DNA from: Gnetum montanum
Lineage: Eukaryota; Plantae; Gnetophyta
Reading direction: 5' to 3'
NCBI GenBank assembly: GCA_015680685.1
Contig: MNCI01003473.1
Location: 266,898 to 330,897, forward strand
Length of the DNA stretch: 64,000 nucleotides
Under the pieces are notes generated by a model. It worked only from the letters and a program-made list of their open reading frames with translations. It searched no databases and was not told where the DNA came from. How positions within the stretch are numbered: position 1 is the first letter of the stretch; each line of letters begins with the position of its first letter. Shown here piece after piece: positions 1-11,279 of the stretch. Position numbers and translations under genes: made by a program.

Positions 1-555
1 AGTGGTAGTCCAATGTGTACGGCTAGTCAAGGAATTGGCTACTCATTGCTAGGCTAGAACGTGTGATAAGTACGACTTAGTTACGAGCACCCACGGGTGT
101 GTACGGCTAGCTAAGGAATCGGCTGCTTATCATGCTTAAGCTAAATAGGTGCCTCAGTATGATCACTTCGAGCACTTGCATTACGTGTGGTGATCCCAGT
201 GACGATTAGCGTTTGGTAAGCCACAGTTGCATAGTTCAGGGTGTGTCTGGTAAGTGGGAACGGATGCTGACGCTAGTTAACTTAGACTTAGGACATTAGT
301 TAGAGTTAGCTTAGTTTCTCAACCCTTTCCTTTGATAGCATAGAAGATAAACCGAAAAATACCAAAAAAATCATATACCTCAGACTTGCTTAACCATACA
401 CTGTGACACTTACAAGCAAGCCTAGGAAGACAACGAACGATTAACCCCAAGTGTTTCTTGTGCCGTTAAGGCGTTTAGTCTGCGGAGTTCGACTGGATCG
501 CGCGTGCACGCTCGTGTTCATATGGTTGAGTGTAGGGGTACCTCGCCACTCATCA
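1..555 (+). mobile_element. Element A: right part of a 3' (or solo) LTR of the Athila-like D/F/G/H family, inserted in element B
   Basis: 155-555 aligns with F LTRs; ends GGTTGAGTGTAGGGGTACCTCGCCACTCATCA, identical to the F 3' LTR end at 39430; followed by GGGCT rather than a PBS; CpGs well preserved. Confidence 0.9.
14..180 (+). repeat. Two imperfect ~84 bp tandem units inside LTR A
   Basis: TGTGTACGGCTAG..AAGGAAT.GGCT at 14 and 98, each unit ending in CGAGCAC. Confidence 0.75.
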
Positions 556-1910
556 GGGCTTAAGTACTCAAGTGAAGATATATTCATATCATGTTCTATC
601 ATCATAGAGATACAAACATTTAACAATGGAAGAAAAATTAGGTAAAGAGTACACATTCCTAAGTATCAAATTCATAGCCTGATGATGGAAATATACATTT
701 CATTAAGAGCTACCCTTTATTGTTCAAAAATAAAGTTAAAATGAAAAATCCACAACTAATTCAGATACGACTAAAATAAATCTTTCAATTAATGCCCAAG
801 AGAATTTAAAACTAGATGCCAAAGACTAAAGATTGAGCATTTAGGATTAAGTAACTTATCTATTTGAATCAATTATCCAATTAAAACCTATATCTCATGA
901 TTCTATACTCATCCAATAGTCTCTTACTTGTAAAACAGCAATAAAAGAATAAGGAATAGCAATTTCATGGTAGGTGAGTAAAAGCATGCATATTCAGCTT
1001 TTAAGAAAAAGCAATGCATCAAACACAACCAATCATCATTTTACCCAAAAATAAAATTCATAAACTAATACGGAATAGAATATATATACACACACTTCAT
1101 TTCTTATCAAAAGAAATCATTAACACCAAACCATCATTGAATAGTTTACCATTCTCTTAAATGAATAATCCTTTTGTTACTCATTTTCAACAGTGAATGT
1201 TTAAGTGAGAGTGTCTTTTGGTCAAAGTCTCAAAAGACTTTACCTACATTGGTGGCCTATAGGATGAAAATTATTGAAGAGGTACATGCTTCCCCTACAT
1301 ACATGCTTGAGTTTCTTCCTTTTTTCATAATGCATTGGTTGTAGAGAGATTTGTATTCTCCCTTGAGCCTTTTAATATCTTCATGCTGCATAGAAATTAT
1401 AAGATCAAGTGTGGAGACTAAGGTCTTCCATTAGTGAATCCTTTTGAAATGTTTCTGTTCTCAAAATATACATGAGTTACATTAAAGGTAACAATTTAAA
1501 TGATTCAATTATTAAAAAGTTTCTAAAAGCAATTGGACTTTATAATTTCAAAGGAAAGCAATAGTGTCATATCATATGGAACACAATACATATATTTTTA
1601 ACAAGCAATGAATGTTCAACAAAAAGGCTTTTGGTTCATGAATTACATTAAAGAATTTTAAAATTTTTGAAATCAATACATTTTATTTAATAACCCAAAA
1701 TATGATTTATCAATAAAAACTTTAAAAGGATAACAAGCTTCCATAAACTAATCTAGTCTAATCTTATCAAGTCAAGGTATAAAGCTTATAACTATTCTTA
1801 CTATTACTTACCTTGCTTGCTAAGGAGAATGAAGATGCCTAGTAAGTTAGAGAATGAGATCCCTCATTTGGGGTGTCTCTTCTCACACAAAATTTGTTGA
1901 TATCCAAGGC

Positions 1911-3294
1911 TTAGCTTCCATTTTTGAATTTTTTGGTGAGAATCATTTCATTCTCATGATCCCTCTTCTTGACTCCCCATACTTTCTTGACTCCTTTGTG
2001 ATCTATCCTCCAATCCTTTTTGCCCTGCACAAATTCCTTTCTTGGTGCATTTTGATAAGACCAAGGAGTCTTGTGATATGAATAATTCCTCATATGATAA
2101 GACTTTAAATTTCACTCCCATTGTTTATGCCCAAACTTATTACAATAATAACATCTAACCCTCCTATTGTACTGAAAGTGATTAGAATGATCAAACCTTT
2201 GATAAGTAATTTGATGGATAGAAGCTTCTTTTGATGTAGTACCTTTACTCCTTGGATATTCCTTTAGATGGGATGAAGGTTGTGCAGGTTCTTCTTCTTA
2301 GGAACAACATCCAAGTCCACTTTTATCATGTGTACTTCTTCCTTGTTCAATAACCATTCAAAGGAACTCTTTCCCTTTAATCAACCTTTCATTCACAAGC
2401 TTTACATCTATAATGTCTTCCTTAGCCTACTCATAAAACAAGGTTGGCTTTTCATTCTCAGCCCTTAGGCTTGAGATTTCTTTTGTAAGATTAGAAATTG
2501 TTGTATTTAATAAGGAAATTTCTTGAGCCTTTGTTTTAACTTTCTTATTTAACTTTGTACAAATATTTTGAAAAGATAAAAGTTCATGACACAATAAATC
2601 AAACCTCTCATCCTCATTAAGTTCATCATATGAGGTGTCAGTGTCATCATTGGTGAGAGCCAAACAGATGAGGTGTAAATCCTTTGCATTATCCTCCACC
2701 TCTTCTTCACGTTTCTCTCCATCATTCCAACTTGAGTAGAAGTTGGTCTTTCTCAACTTCTCATCATTTCTATCCTTTTTTCATAACCTATCATTACTAG
2801 GACATTTAGAGATCACATGACCTCTTCCACCACATACCAAGCATTCTATTGAAGATGAAATTTTTTTTACCTCTTTCCTTACCTTTGAATTAATTTGGTT
2901 TTTGTTGATTGAATCTCTTACACATTTACTTGATCACATTGGTTAGTTTTTGAATCTAAACCTTAAGGTATGAGTTTTCTTTCTTGATATAAGAAAATTC
3001 ATGATTAAGAACTGTAATTTTCATTTCTTTGACATGAAAAACATCTTTTATTTCAATACATAAGTTTTGAAAAGAAAGAACTTCAGGACAAAAAATTCCA
3101 TACCTTTCTTCAATAGAGGTATCATCTTGAACATTATCTATTTTACAAGTGTAGACACTTCTATTTTTGAATTTTGAGAATGGAATGAGAGACTTACCTT
3201 TATAGTAGATGTGATGTAAGAATTTGGTAAAACAATTGCTAAAGAAAATTAGCGTCCTTGTCCAAATGTATCTGATGTTAATTTCCCCTTCCAT
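1911..3294 (-). pseudogene. gag: Copia (SIRE-like) gag remnant
   Basis: IECLVCGGRGHVISKCP (CX2CX4HX4C) at ~2800-2850; second knuckle RCYYCNKFGHKQWE at ~2113-2156; acidic/coiled-coil ORF 2427-2756. Confidence 0.75.
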
Positions 3295-3334
3295 TTTTCA
3301 CTCTTGGTAGGTGATGAAAAAAGAAGAGTAGCAA

Positions 3335-3346
3335 GCTTTGATACCA
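3335..3346 (-). promoter_or_regulatory. Primer binding site (tRNA-iMet type) of element B
   Basis: Reverse complement TGGTATCAAAGC, 2 nt from the LTR end. Confidence 0.85.
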
Positions 3347-3348
3347 CT

Positions 3349-4286
3349 TGAGAATTGTTGAACTTATGAGGGATGAATAAGTTCCCAAAATTAAAAAATT
3401 CTTCAACACAAAAGCACACCAAATTTTACATGGTTCCCCAACTTGGATACTCCACACTCAAAGTGTAGATCACTTACACACCTCCAAAATTTGTTGCTCA
3501 AAAATATGATTTGAAGGGCATCACACCCTATAAAAGCACTAAGCTCTCCTTTGAAATGATTCATCTCAATGAATATACTTAATCTTGAAAGGTCCTAACA
3601 ATCTTATAATGTGGTTTCTAGGATCCCACAACCTTTACAACTTAAGCTCTTCTTTGGAGCATTGTGGTGCTACACCAATAGTCAATCTTGTAGGATCTCA
3701 ACAAGCTCAAGGTTGATGCCTTCCCACAAGAAGCACATCAACCCCAAAAGATCGCAAAAGAGAAAAAAATGTTACAAGGAAAGGATGCAACTAATTTTAT
3801 TAACACTTTTACTTTGAGGTACAACACACTTTGACCACTTACAATAGTACAAAAGATAGTACAATGAGGTACACCAACAATACAATGATGTATACAATGG
3901 TTGCTTATTGTTGACACTTTATAGTTGACAATACTTTCTCATTTCCTAATAGATTTAAGTCTTCTTATAGCCTAGATGTTCTAAAATTATTTTAGAATTT
4001 GTGCAATGACTATCTAATGGTCACTGGATATGTTTTCCTTGAGACCAAGATGTCTTTCTACATAAAACTCTCATTTTAGAGAGATGTCTTCATGGAGATG
4101 TCTTCTTCACAAGGTACATTTTTCTTGAATTATTCATATTCGTCCATGCTCTCTTGAGTTCTTGTGATCTTGACTTTGCTTATGAGTCCTTGAGTCCTTT
4201 ACTCTTGCTCTTATAAACATAACAATCACACAAAAATCCTTTGTTCTCTATTTTCCTTAAGGTTTTGACATACCAAAAGGTCAACA
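3349..4286 (-). repeat. 5' LTR of element B
   Basis: Minus strand begins TGTTGACCTTTTGG (4286) and ends CA at 3349 next to the PBS; AACTTATGAGGGATGAATAAGTT resembles the decayed C-rich U5 motif of Sireviruses. Confidence 0.7.
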
Positions 4287-4366
4287 CTCCATACCTACAT
4301 GCTTGAAAATCATTCAAGAGTTATCTTCAAATTAAAGTACTAATATCTAGACTATTATTTTAATCC
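4287..4366 (+). mobile_element. Left fragment of host element H (gag-protease junction)
   Basis: Joined to 51598 it reads IIL(T)HAIIKWIR in frame, matching VMLTHTITNWIK of element F (~33052-33087). Confidence 0.7.
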
Positions 4367-4856
4367 TATTAAAAATTTGATATTCTCTAACAACCTTAAC
4401 ATGCTAGTTTATGTTTATATTTAGTCATTCCATGAACTTTAGTACACATTATCATGGTATGTAATACTATCTATGGTGTTTTGTAGTATGGATCATGTTT
4501 GTTATGTTTAGATATGTTGATTAACTAATAATAACTAATCATTATATGTGTTCATTTTCTAGACATGATTGTTTCATTATAACTATATAAGTAATAATCC
4601 TAGTCTAACAATAATATGCAATGTAGAACAACAATAATGTGCAATATGAGTGTACAATATAGTATTTGTATTATAATAGAGATACTTTCTTACTTTATTT
4701 TTTGCTATTACTTTTTATTTTATATTATTATATTTAACATGTATAATACTATTGACATATTTTATCTCATCATGTACATTTATCTCAATCATAAAAATCA
4801 TCAAATTATTTCTATTATATTCTAGACCTAGTGATTAATATCATAAAACTTTAAAA
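4367..4856 (+). repeat. 5' LTR of element C (490 bp)
   Basis: Collinear with 51104-51592, e.g. shared ATTAACTAATAATAACTAATCATTAT and CTAGACCTAG.GATTAATATCA. Confidence 0.85.
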
Positions 4857-5338
4857 TGATATTGAAATAAGGTGTTGATGGCTTTTTAATAATCACTATC
4901 AATTATTTGTAATGTTGTAGTCTTTAGGTGCATTAATGTAATGTTAAGTATAAAAATTAATAGTAACATTTTATTTTACACATTTCGAAATTATCATGAA
5001 AATCATAGAGAGAGAACAACATAAAAATGATATTTGCTACTTATAAAGCCTACATTTTAACTTAAATTTTTCTTTTTTGTAGCCAAAAAATATTATTATT
5101 TTGAATTTACAATGAAAATCTTATGGTTTTTATTATAAAAATGAAAAGAATAAAAAATTTTACAATTTTGTTATATTTTTATTTAAGTTAGTTTCCTTCT
5201 TAGGTTCTTAATTGATTTTAGGATTGCAAAACCATGCACAATGGTCTAAAATCAATGCATACAAAATTTTTTAAATTTTGAATTCAAAGTTTAAAAATCC
5301 CTAGTTTTTCTTTGTTTACAGTTAAATTATTTGTCGAA

Positions 5339-6970
5339 ATGGCTTATGATGCTAGAGGCTACCAATGGACGTAGAGATCTTTGAAGAGAAAGCACATCCT
5401 AGTGCCAACTTCATATGAGCATACTCAAAGTGAATCATCATCATCATCATCATCATCACTAACAACACCACAACCACATAATGACTATGATAATTCCCAT
5501 AGTGAAACTTTTGGTTCAAAGACAAGCACCAAGAAGATAAAATTGTATTATGTAAGGATGACATATTAAAAGACAATGTCAAATAAGATAAGAAATTTTG
5601 ACCCAATTCTATCTAAAGAAAATATATTAAAAATTTGAAAACTATGATCAATGTTCAGTGTCATTATTATGATATAAAATTGGTAATAGAGTTGGTGAAA
5701 GCTAGCAATGATGCAGAACTAGTGAAGTTTGAGCTAGCACTATTTGTTGAGTTCATAGTGCTAAGAAATGATACAATGGTAGACAACTTCATTAGGATAA
5801 AAAATAATAGGTTTTTTATCTATTAGTTTGAAAAGACTTGATGGTTTCTTAAAACTTAAAAGAGGTTCTTGGAATTCTATTTTTAGATGGTTAAATAGAT
5901 TATGCTTTGAAGGAGGTAATGTTCTTTGGATAGTAGCTTTTGGAATGTGTTGTTAGTAAATTTGACTAGGAAAATCCTGTACCAATACAATTGCAAGAAT
6001 TCGTATCTTGCAATTTAAGATATCATACTAAAGTTTAGTAGACATTATTACCTATCATGTCATAGTTAAGAACAAGAAAAATATAATCTATTAGCCTTTG
6101 TTGATTATGGGGTCAAGTATAGAAGCAAAGTTAGCAATAAAAATGGAAGAGTTAATGGTGTAGAATATGAAGTTAGAGGGTGGTAACCTGATAATGCATA
6201 ATAATACCTTTGAACTCTAAGAGGAAATTGATAGCCTGTAGAACCATGTGAAGGATCTCATTGTAGAAAATAATGATTTAACATAAAGCTTCAACATGAA
6301 GAAAAGAAATCTAGAAGCCATAGTAGTGATTTACAAGAAAAAATTGTTACTAATAGTTTCATAGCTCATTATGTAAATTTATTGAGATTTTATTTAAATA
6401 AGGATTATGAACTTTAGTCTAGTTCCACCATGATGTAACCATCACTCTTAGATGTTTTTAATTAGGTTTAAGAAAAATTTTATATAAGTCTACTAAATAT
6501 GAGATATATCAGCTAGCTTAAGATATTTTGCCATTGTTTTGAAGTGCTACTACTATACTAGAAAAATGCACAATAAATGATTCATTCATAGAAATACAAG
6601 AATTATTAGCCAATGTTTTTTATAATATTATGAATGTAGATATAGATTCTTTTATTGATTGATCACCTCTATTGTTTGTTTTTTGTCTTGATTTAATTGT
6701 AACCTCTCTCATTTAATAGTGAAAATAATTAATTTTCAATTTATCATAATAACATATGTTTCTTTTCATAGTTAACAATTTAGTCATGTTACAATATATG
6801 TTGAAGAAGATATTTATCCATAAAATATCTAGTTATTTTTCATTGCATTTTTGAAATTGTTTAATAATAGCCAAAATGGGTTGCAACATTCATTTGTGAA
6901 AGAGCAATTACTCACTATCATATTTGATTAACTCTTATGTTCATTATTAGTTAGAGTTTCTAATGGTAAT
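5339..6970 (+). pseudogene. Decayed copia gag / protease / pre-integrase region of element C
   Basis: ASNDAELVKFELALF..LRNDTMVDNF resembles copia gag; a decayed WIxDSG-like site near 6400; weak motif-level similarity only. Confidence 0.5.
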
Positions 6971-7858
6971 TGATGAGTAGCAGGCATTCCCTATACCCAA
7001 CCATACAAATTATTAGTGTGTATGCATGATTTGGTCAAATTCCATGGACTTTATTTATCTAAGTGACCTATATTCTTAAATGATGAAAGAATGATTATTA
7101 GTCATTATCTTCCTAATCATCACTTGTGTTAACTCATTTGTATGGTTAAGTGTAATTGAGGTGTAAGATGTTCATTTTTATATTTTAATTATTTTCTATG
7201 TTAGCCAAATGATTAAAAAAAGAAATGTTTGATATTTAAATTAAGTAATTAATTAAATATTTTTCATAAATGAGGAGCATCTAATTCCACTTTATGTACA
7301 CATCCTGAATGTATATTGACACTATTGGGTTTCCAAGTATCTACTACTAAGTATACCAAGTGTCCACTGTTCAAATTACCAAGCATCAATATATTATACT
7401 TGAAGTGTTCATACTCATGTTAATTATGAATTATAATATTAAATACTAAATAATTAAAAAGAAAATTTTGTTCAAAGTAAATTGTTGAAAAGTATAGTTG
7501 AACTAATCCAAGTACTCCAATGGATAAAAGAAAGCTCGATGTTATTGACATTCATGCAGTTGTGTTTAGTGGCATCTTGCAGTTGAATAAAATGCCATAT
7601 AATCAATTTGATCCACACTAAAATTACTCAAATGAAAAATTTTACTAACTTGTACAAAACAAAACTACAAGAGTCTAGCTAAGGTAACAATTGAAACATG
7701 CCATAAATGCAATGGGTGTGCGCATTTATATAGCCAATGATTACATCATTGTGAATACATATACGGCAATGCATCTTGAGATGTGTTGATGGGGATGTGT
7801 TGATGGGGCTACATCAACAAGCATGTGTTGACATAGTCACCTTATTGATGTTTCATCA
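6971..7858 (-). repeat. 3' LTR of element D
   Basis: Collinear with 50032-50869; adjacent PPT TTTGTGAGGGGTA on the minus strand. Confidence 0.9.
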
Positions 7859-8169
7859 TACCCCTCACAAATGAATAAAAATCCATCCTCGAGTAAACAA
7901 AAATGAAATTGAGTTTCTTACAAATTTTGGAGAAGTATGAAACTTTATTAACTAATTGATTATGACTTATTATTACAAAGTTTGGTAGGCTTCTAGTTGA
8001 ATGATGATGGGTGAAATAAAATCTTTGCATCATGCCTAGAGATGAAGGCTCCTATGGTGCAGAGGATCCCTCATCACGTTACAACCCTATTGATAATTGA
8101 GGCTATCCTACTGCTATTGCTGGAAATTTGAAAACATTCATTAGTGCCTTTATTTTCTTTTCTTTTCTC

Positions 8170-10207
8170 TTCTCTATGGTTTATAGATGGTCTAGGATGC
8201 TTTTTTAGCTTCTAGCAATCACTTATTCTTTTGGTTAGCTTCTCAAAAACCAATCTTTCATCAAAGAATTTTCTCTTAAGAACCTCAAGTCTCATGTTGG
8301 CCACCTCCACCTTTTTCTTGGTCTTCTTATGGAGCTTGAAGTCTACCTTGTAATGAAAACTAGAGTTAGCCACTTACTTCTTCAATTCAGTCCTAGATCT
8401 CCCCATCATCAACATTGTCAAGTTTGCATAGTCAAGGTTGGAAAGCTCCATATATTCAGTTATCTCTTTAATTTGTAACTCCTTTAGACGAATCTTTGCT
8501 TGGTTGTATGAGTTAAGTCCATCATAGATGGGCTTGCATGCATCATCTCTTTGTTGGAGTTGCTAGATGGTATCATTAACCTTTGCCTTGGAAAACTTGA
8601 TTTCTTTCTTGTTGATTTCTTTAAGCATTCTAACCTAGTCCTTATAGTGATTTTTTAATCTTTTGAATTTCAAGGCTTCATTCTCCAAGTGGTAATCTCA
8701 ATAGAAATCTTTTGGAAAATGGTCTATACCTCTTTCATCAAGAGATTTTTGTTCTCTATAGCCAACCTCTTCAAATCCAGGTTTACCTTGAAAAGTTATT
8801 CCTATTGCTAGTAAATATATTCTACCATTTGATCCTTTTGCTACTCAATATTCTGAAGCCAGTATCTATCATGGGTTAGCACCAAGTTATAATCAGTATT
8901 ATTCACCATTGCTTCTAATAGTGATACATCAAAGATCTTTGTCTCCTTGGCATTCTCATTCTCCTACTATTTGTATTGAAGCTATTGAAAATCTTCATCT
9001 ATTATTAGCTCAGGCCTAAGAATGGTAAGATTAGAGAGATGTGCCCTTAGTTCTTCAACCTTAGCAACCAACTGTTGATTGCTAATGGTGGCCTCCTCAG
9101 GTTATACACTGGTAATTAACAACTTTCTTCTCATCTCTAGTAGTTATGACTCAGTAGCTGATATGTCTTCTAGGTGATCAAAGATCTTTGGGAGTAGTTA
9201 CCCAGCTTCAATTTGTCTTTTCAATACTTCCTCATATTGGACAACACTCATCCTTCTACTCCCTGCTCTTGTTGATGCACGTATATCTACCATAGTAGAA
9301 ATGTTAGGGATAGATGAAATAGAATCATTCATATCTTCTTTAACATAGTTTATTGTCATCTTTGCTACTGTCTCTTGGCCCTTGTGTGACACGACTAGGA
9401 CCATTGCTCCTTTGCTTTCCTCCAACATTACAAAGAAGGCTAGTACATCTTCATAAATTTTGGGAAATGCTAAACCTAGAATGAACATCATTACTTCTTT
9501 GGCATTAGGATTAGAATGAGTAGGTGCATGGATTCTCTATGCTAAGAACAATGGCACCATCTCATTGTCCTTCTAGCTAATGGTTCTTGGGAACTTATTC
9601 AAATGCATCATGGCTAGATGATACACTAAGTGTTTACCACCATCTCTAGAGGCTTGTTTTTGTTGTAATCATTACTCCCTAGGTTTCCTAAGCATTCAGT
9701 AGCTACAAGCATATCTAGTATTATCTTTGGTACTGTAGGTGATGGTGGTGGTGGGAGTTCCTCTTCTTGAAGCTTATGGCAATCTTTTCTTTCATCATCT
9801 CCTGCCATGATGTGGCAAGAGCATGGTAAACCACATCATTAAAATAACAGGCTATTCCTTTCCTCTTGCATACTTTTTTGATAGGCATGGGAAGGAAAAT
9901 ATCTTTCTTCCCTTCTCATTCTTCTTGAATCTCTTTTATATCTCATGAAAGATCAGTTACAATCAGTTTAGTGGGAATTTCTCACTTAGAGCTATACATG
10001 CCCTAGTGGAAAATGCTATGACCTTACTTGGCATTACCATTGGATTAAGTTGATAGGTTACAATTTTGAGGTATGCTTACTTTGCTTTGGTCAGGACACC
10101 ATACTCCTAATATTCCACTCTATAGCACCACTAGAGCCATTCTTTCTTGGCCTCTAAGTACACCTACATGAATATTTTTACCATCTTCATCCTTATGTTT
10201 AGAATTT
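8170..10207 (-). pseudogene. C-terminal part of the env-like / Athila 3' ORF of D, with long coiled-coil tail
   Basis: ..FPLN*L*LIFHEI..KIFSFPCL motif parallels G (NTAHLIFLEI..LPFPFLI); Pro-rich then K/E-rich segments. Confidence 0.65.
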
Positions 10208-10212
10208 TAGAG

Positions 10213-11073
10213 TGATGAGAGATGAGATACCCCAACACTCTACCATACAAGTTAAGTATTCATGCACACCTATATCATAATCCATGGATGAACAATGTAA
10301 ATATGTTAGAAGTTAATAGTAAGTTCATGATCATTATCTTTCCACTTTAAGTTAGTGAAGTCTAAGTGTATGGTTTAACTTGCAGTGAGGCATATGATAT
10401 GTGATGTTGTCAAGTTCAAATTACTCCTAGTAGTAAATATGATGAAAATGAGATAAAAATATCAATCTAAGTAATGATGAAAATATAAATCTATCCTATC
10501 CTATAGCAATGAGCATTTGGTCTTGGTTTTTTGGTCATGTCTTGGGCTCATGTAATTGTTACTAGAATTATAGAGTCACTACTGAGTGAATCAAGTGAAA
10601 GCACTACTAGGTTATCAAAAAATTACACTTAAACACTTGAAACCAATCGTACTCATTCCACTTAACTAATGAGCATGAAAAGTAAAGTATTGTGGAAATA
10701 TAAAGTGCTAAGCTAAGTGAACAGAAAAATTATGCTAAGTAAAACAAAATAACTAAGGGAATGTTGTAATGATGAAAAATATTCTCGATCTTTATTGCTA
10801 AACATGAGCTGTGCCCAAGTATAATTCACTTGAATAAATATATCGTACAACTACTTAACACCACACTGCTGGCATTCACTCTACTACTAAGATTATAAAA
10901 TAAAATTGCAAGAGTCTAGCTAAAGGTGGAATAAAAATTATTATTGCTGGTGTGCCTAAGTGTTAGGATTTATAGGGCTACATATCTCCCAAGACATCTC
11001 ATCAACAATGATGTAGCATGAGCTATGATATCATAGATATGATATTGTACTCAATGAAAAATTGGTTTTATCA
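10213..11073 (-). repeat. 3' LTR of element G
   Basis: Collinear with 18464-19315. Confidence 0.92.
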
Positions 11074-11279
11074 TATCCCCATGACTAATTAGAAACTTGT
11101 CCTTTAGTTAAAAAAATGAGAATAGAGTCCCTTAAAAAAGTAGGAGGTAGACTCAAACTTGACATGACTAACTATATACATCATTTGAAATGATGCATTG
11201 TGTTTCAAGTGGTGTTTTTACAAAATGGACATAGTTGAAAATGATAAAAAAAAAACAAAATAAAATAAAATGTAGTAGT

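Larger units (their letters stand above)
556..4286 (-). mobile_element. Element B: SIRE/Sirevirus-like Ty1/copia, decayed and probably non-autonomous; 3' end lies outside the window
   Basis: Met-type PBS, ~940 bp LTR, gag with two zinc knuckles and SIRE-like coiled coil; no recognisable RT in 556-1900. Confidence 0.7.

Noticed and set aside
4616-4825. Hydrophobic 69-aa ORF (and similar ORFs at 51318, 56319, 57450, 57934, 38856) as small membrane proteins
   Set aside because: They lie inside LTRs and reflect AT-rich composition; frames are not kept between LTR copies where this can be checked.
5352-5606. Poly-Met/poly-Ser ORFs as a host gene
   Set aside because: Caused by a (TCA)n microsatellite at ~5435-5458 inside the gag region of element C.
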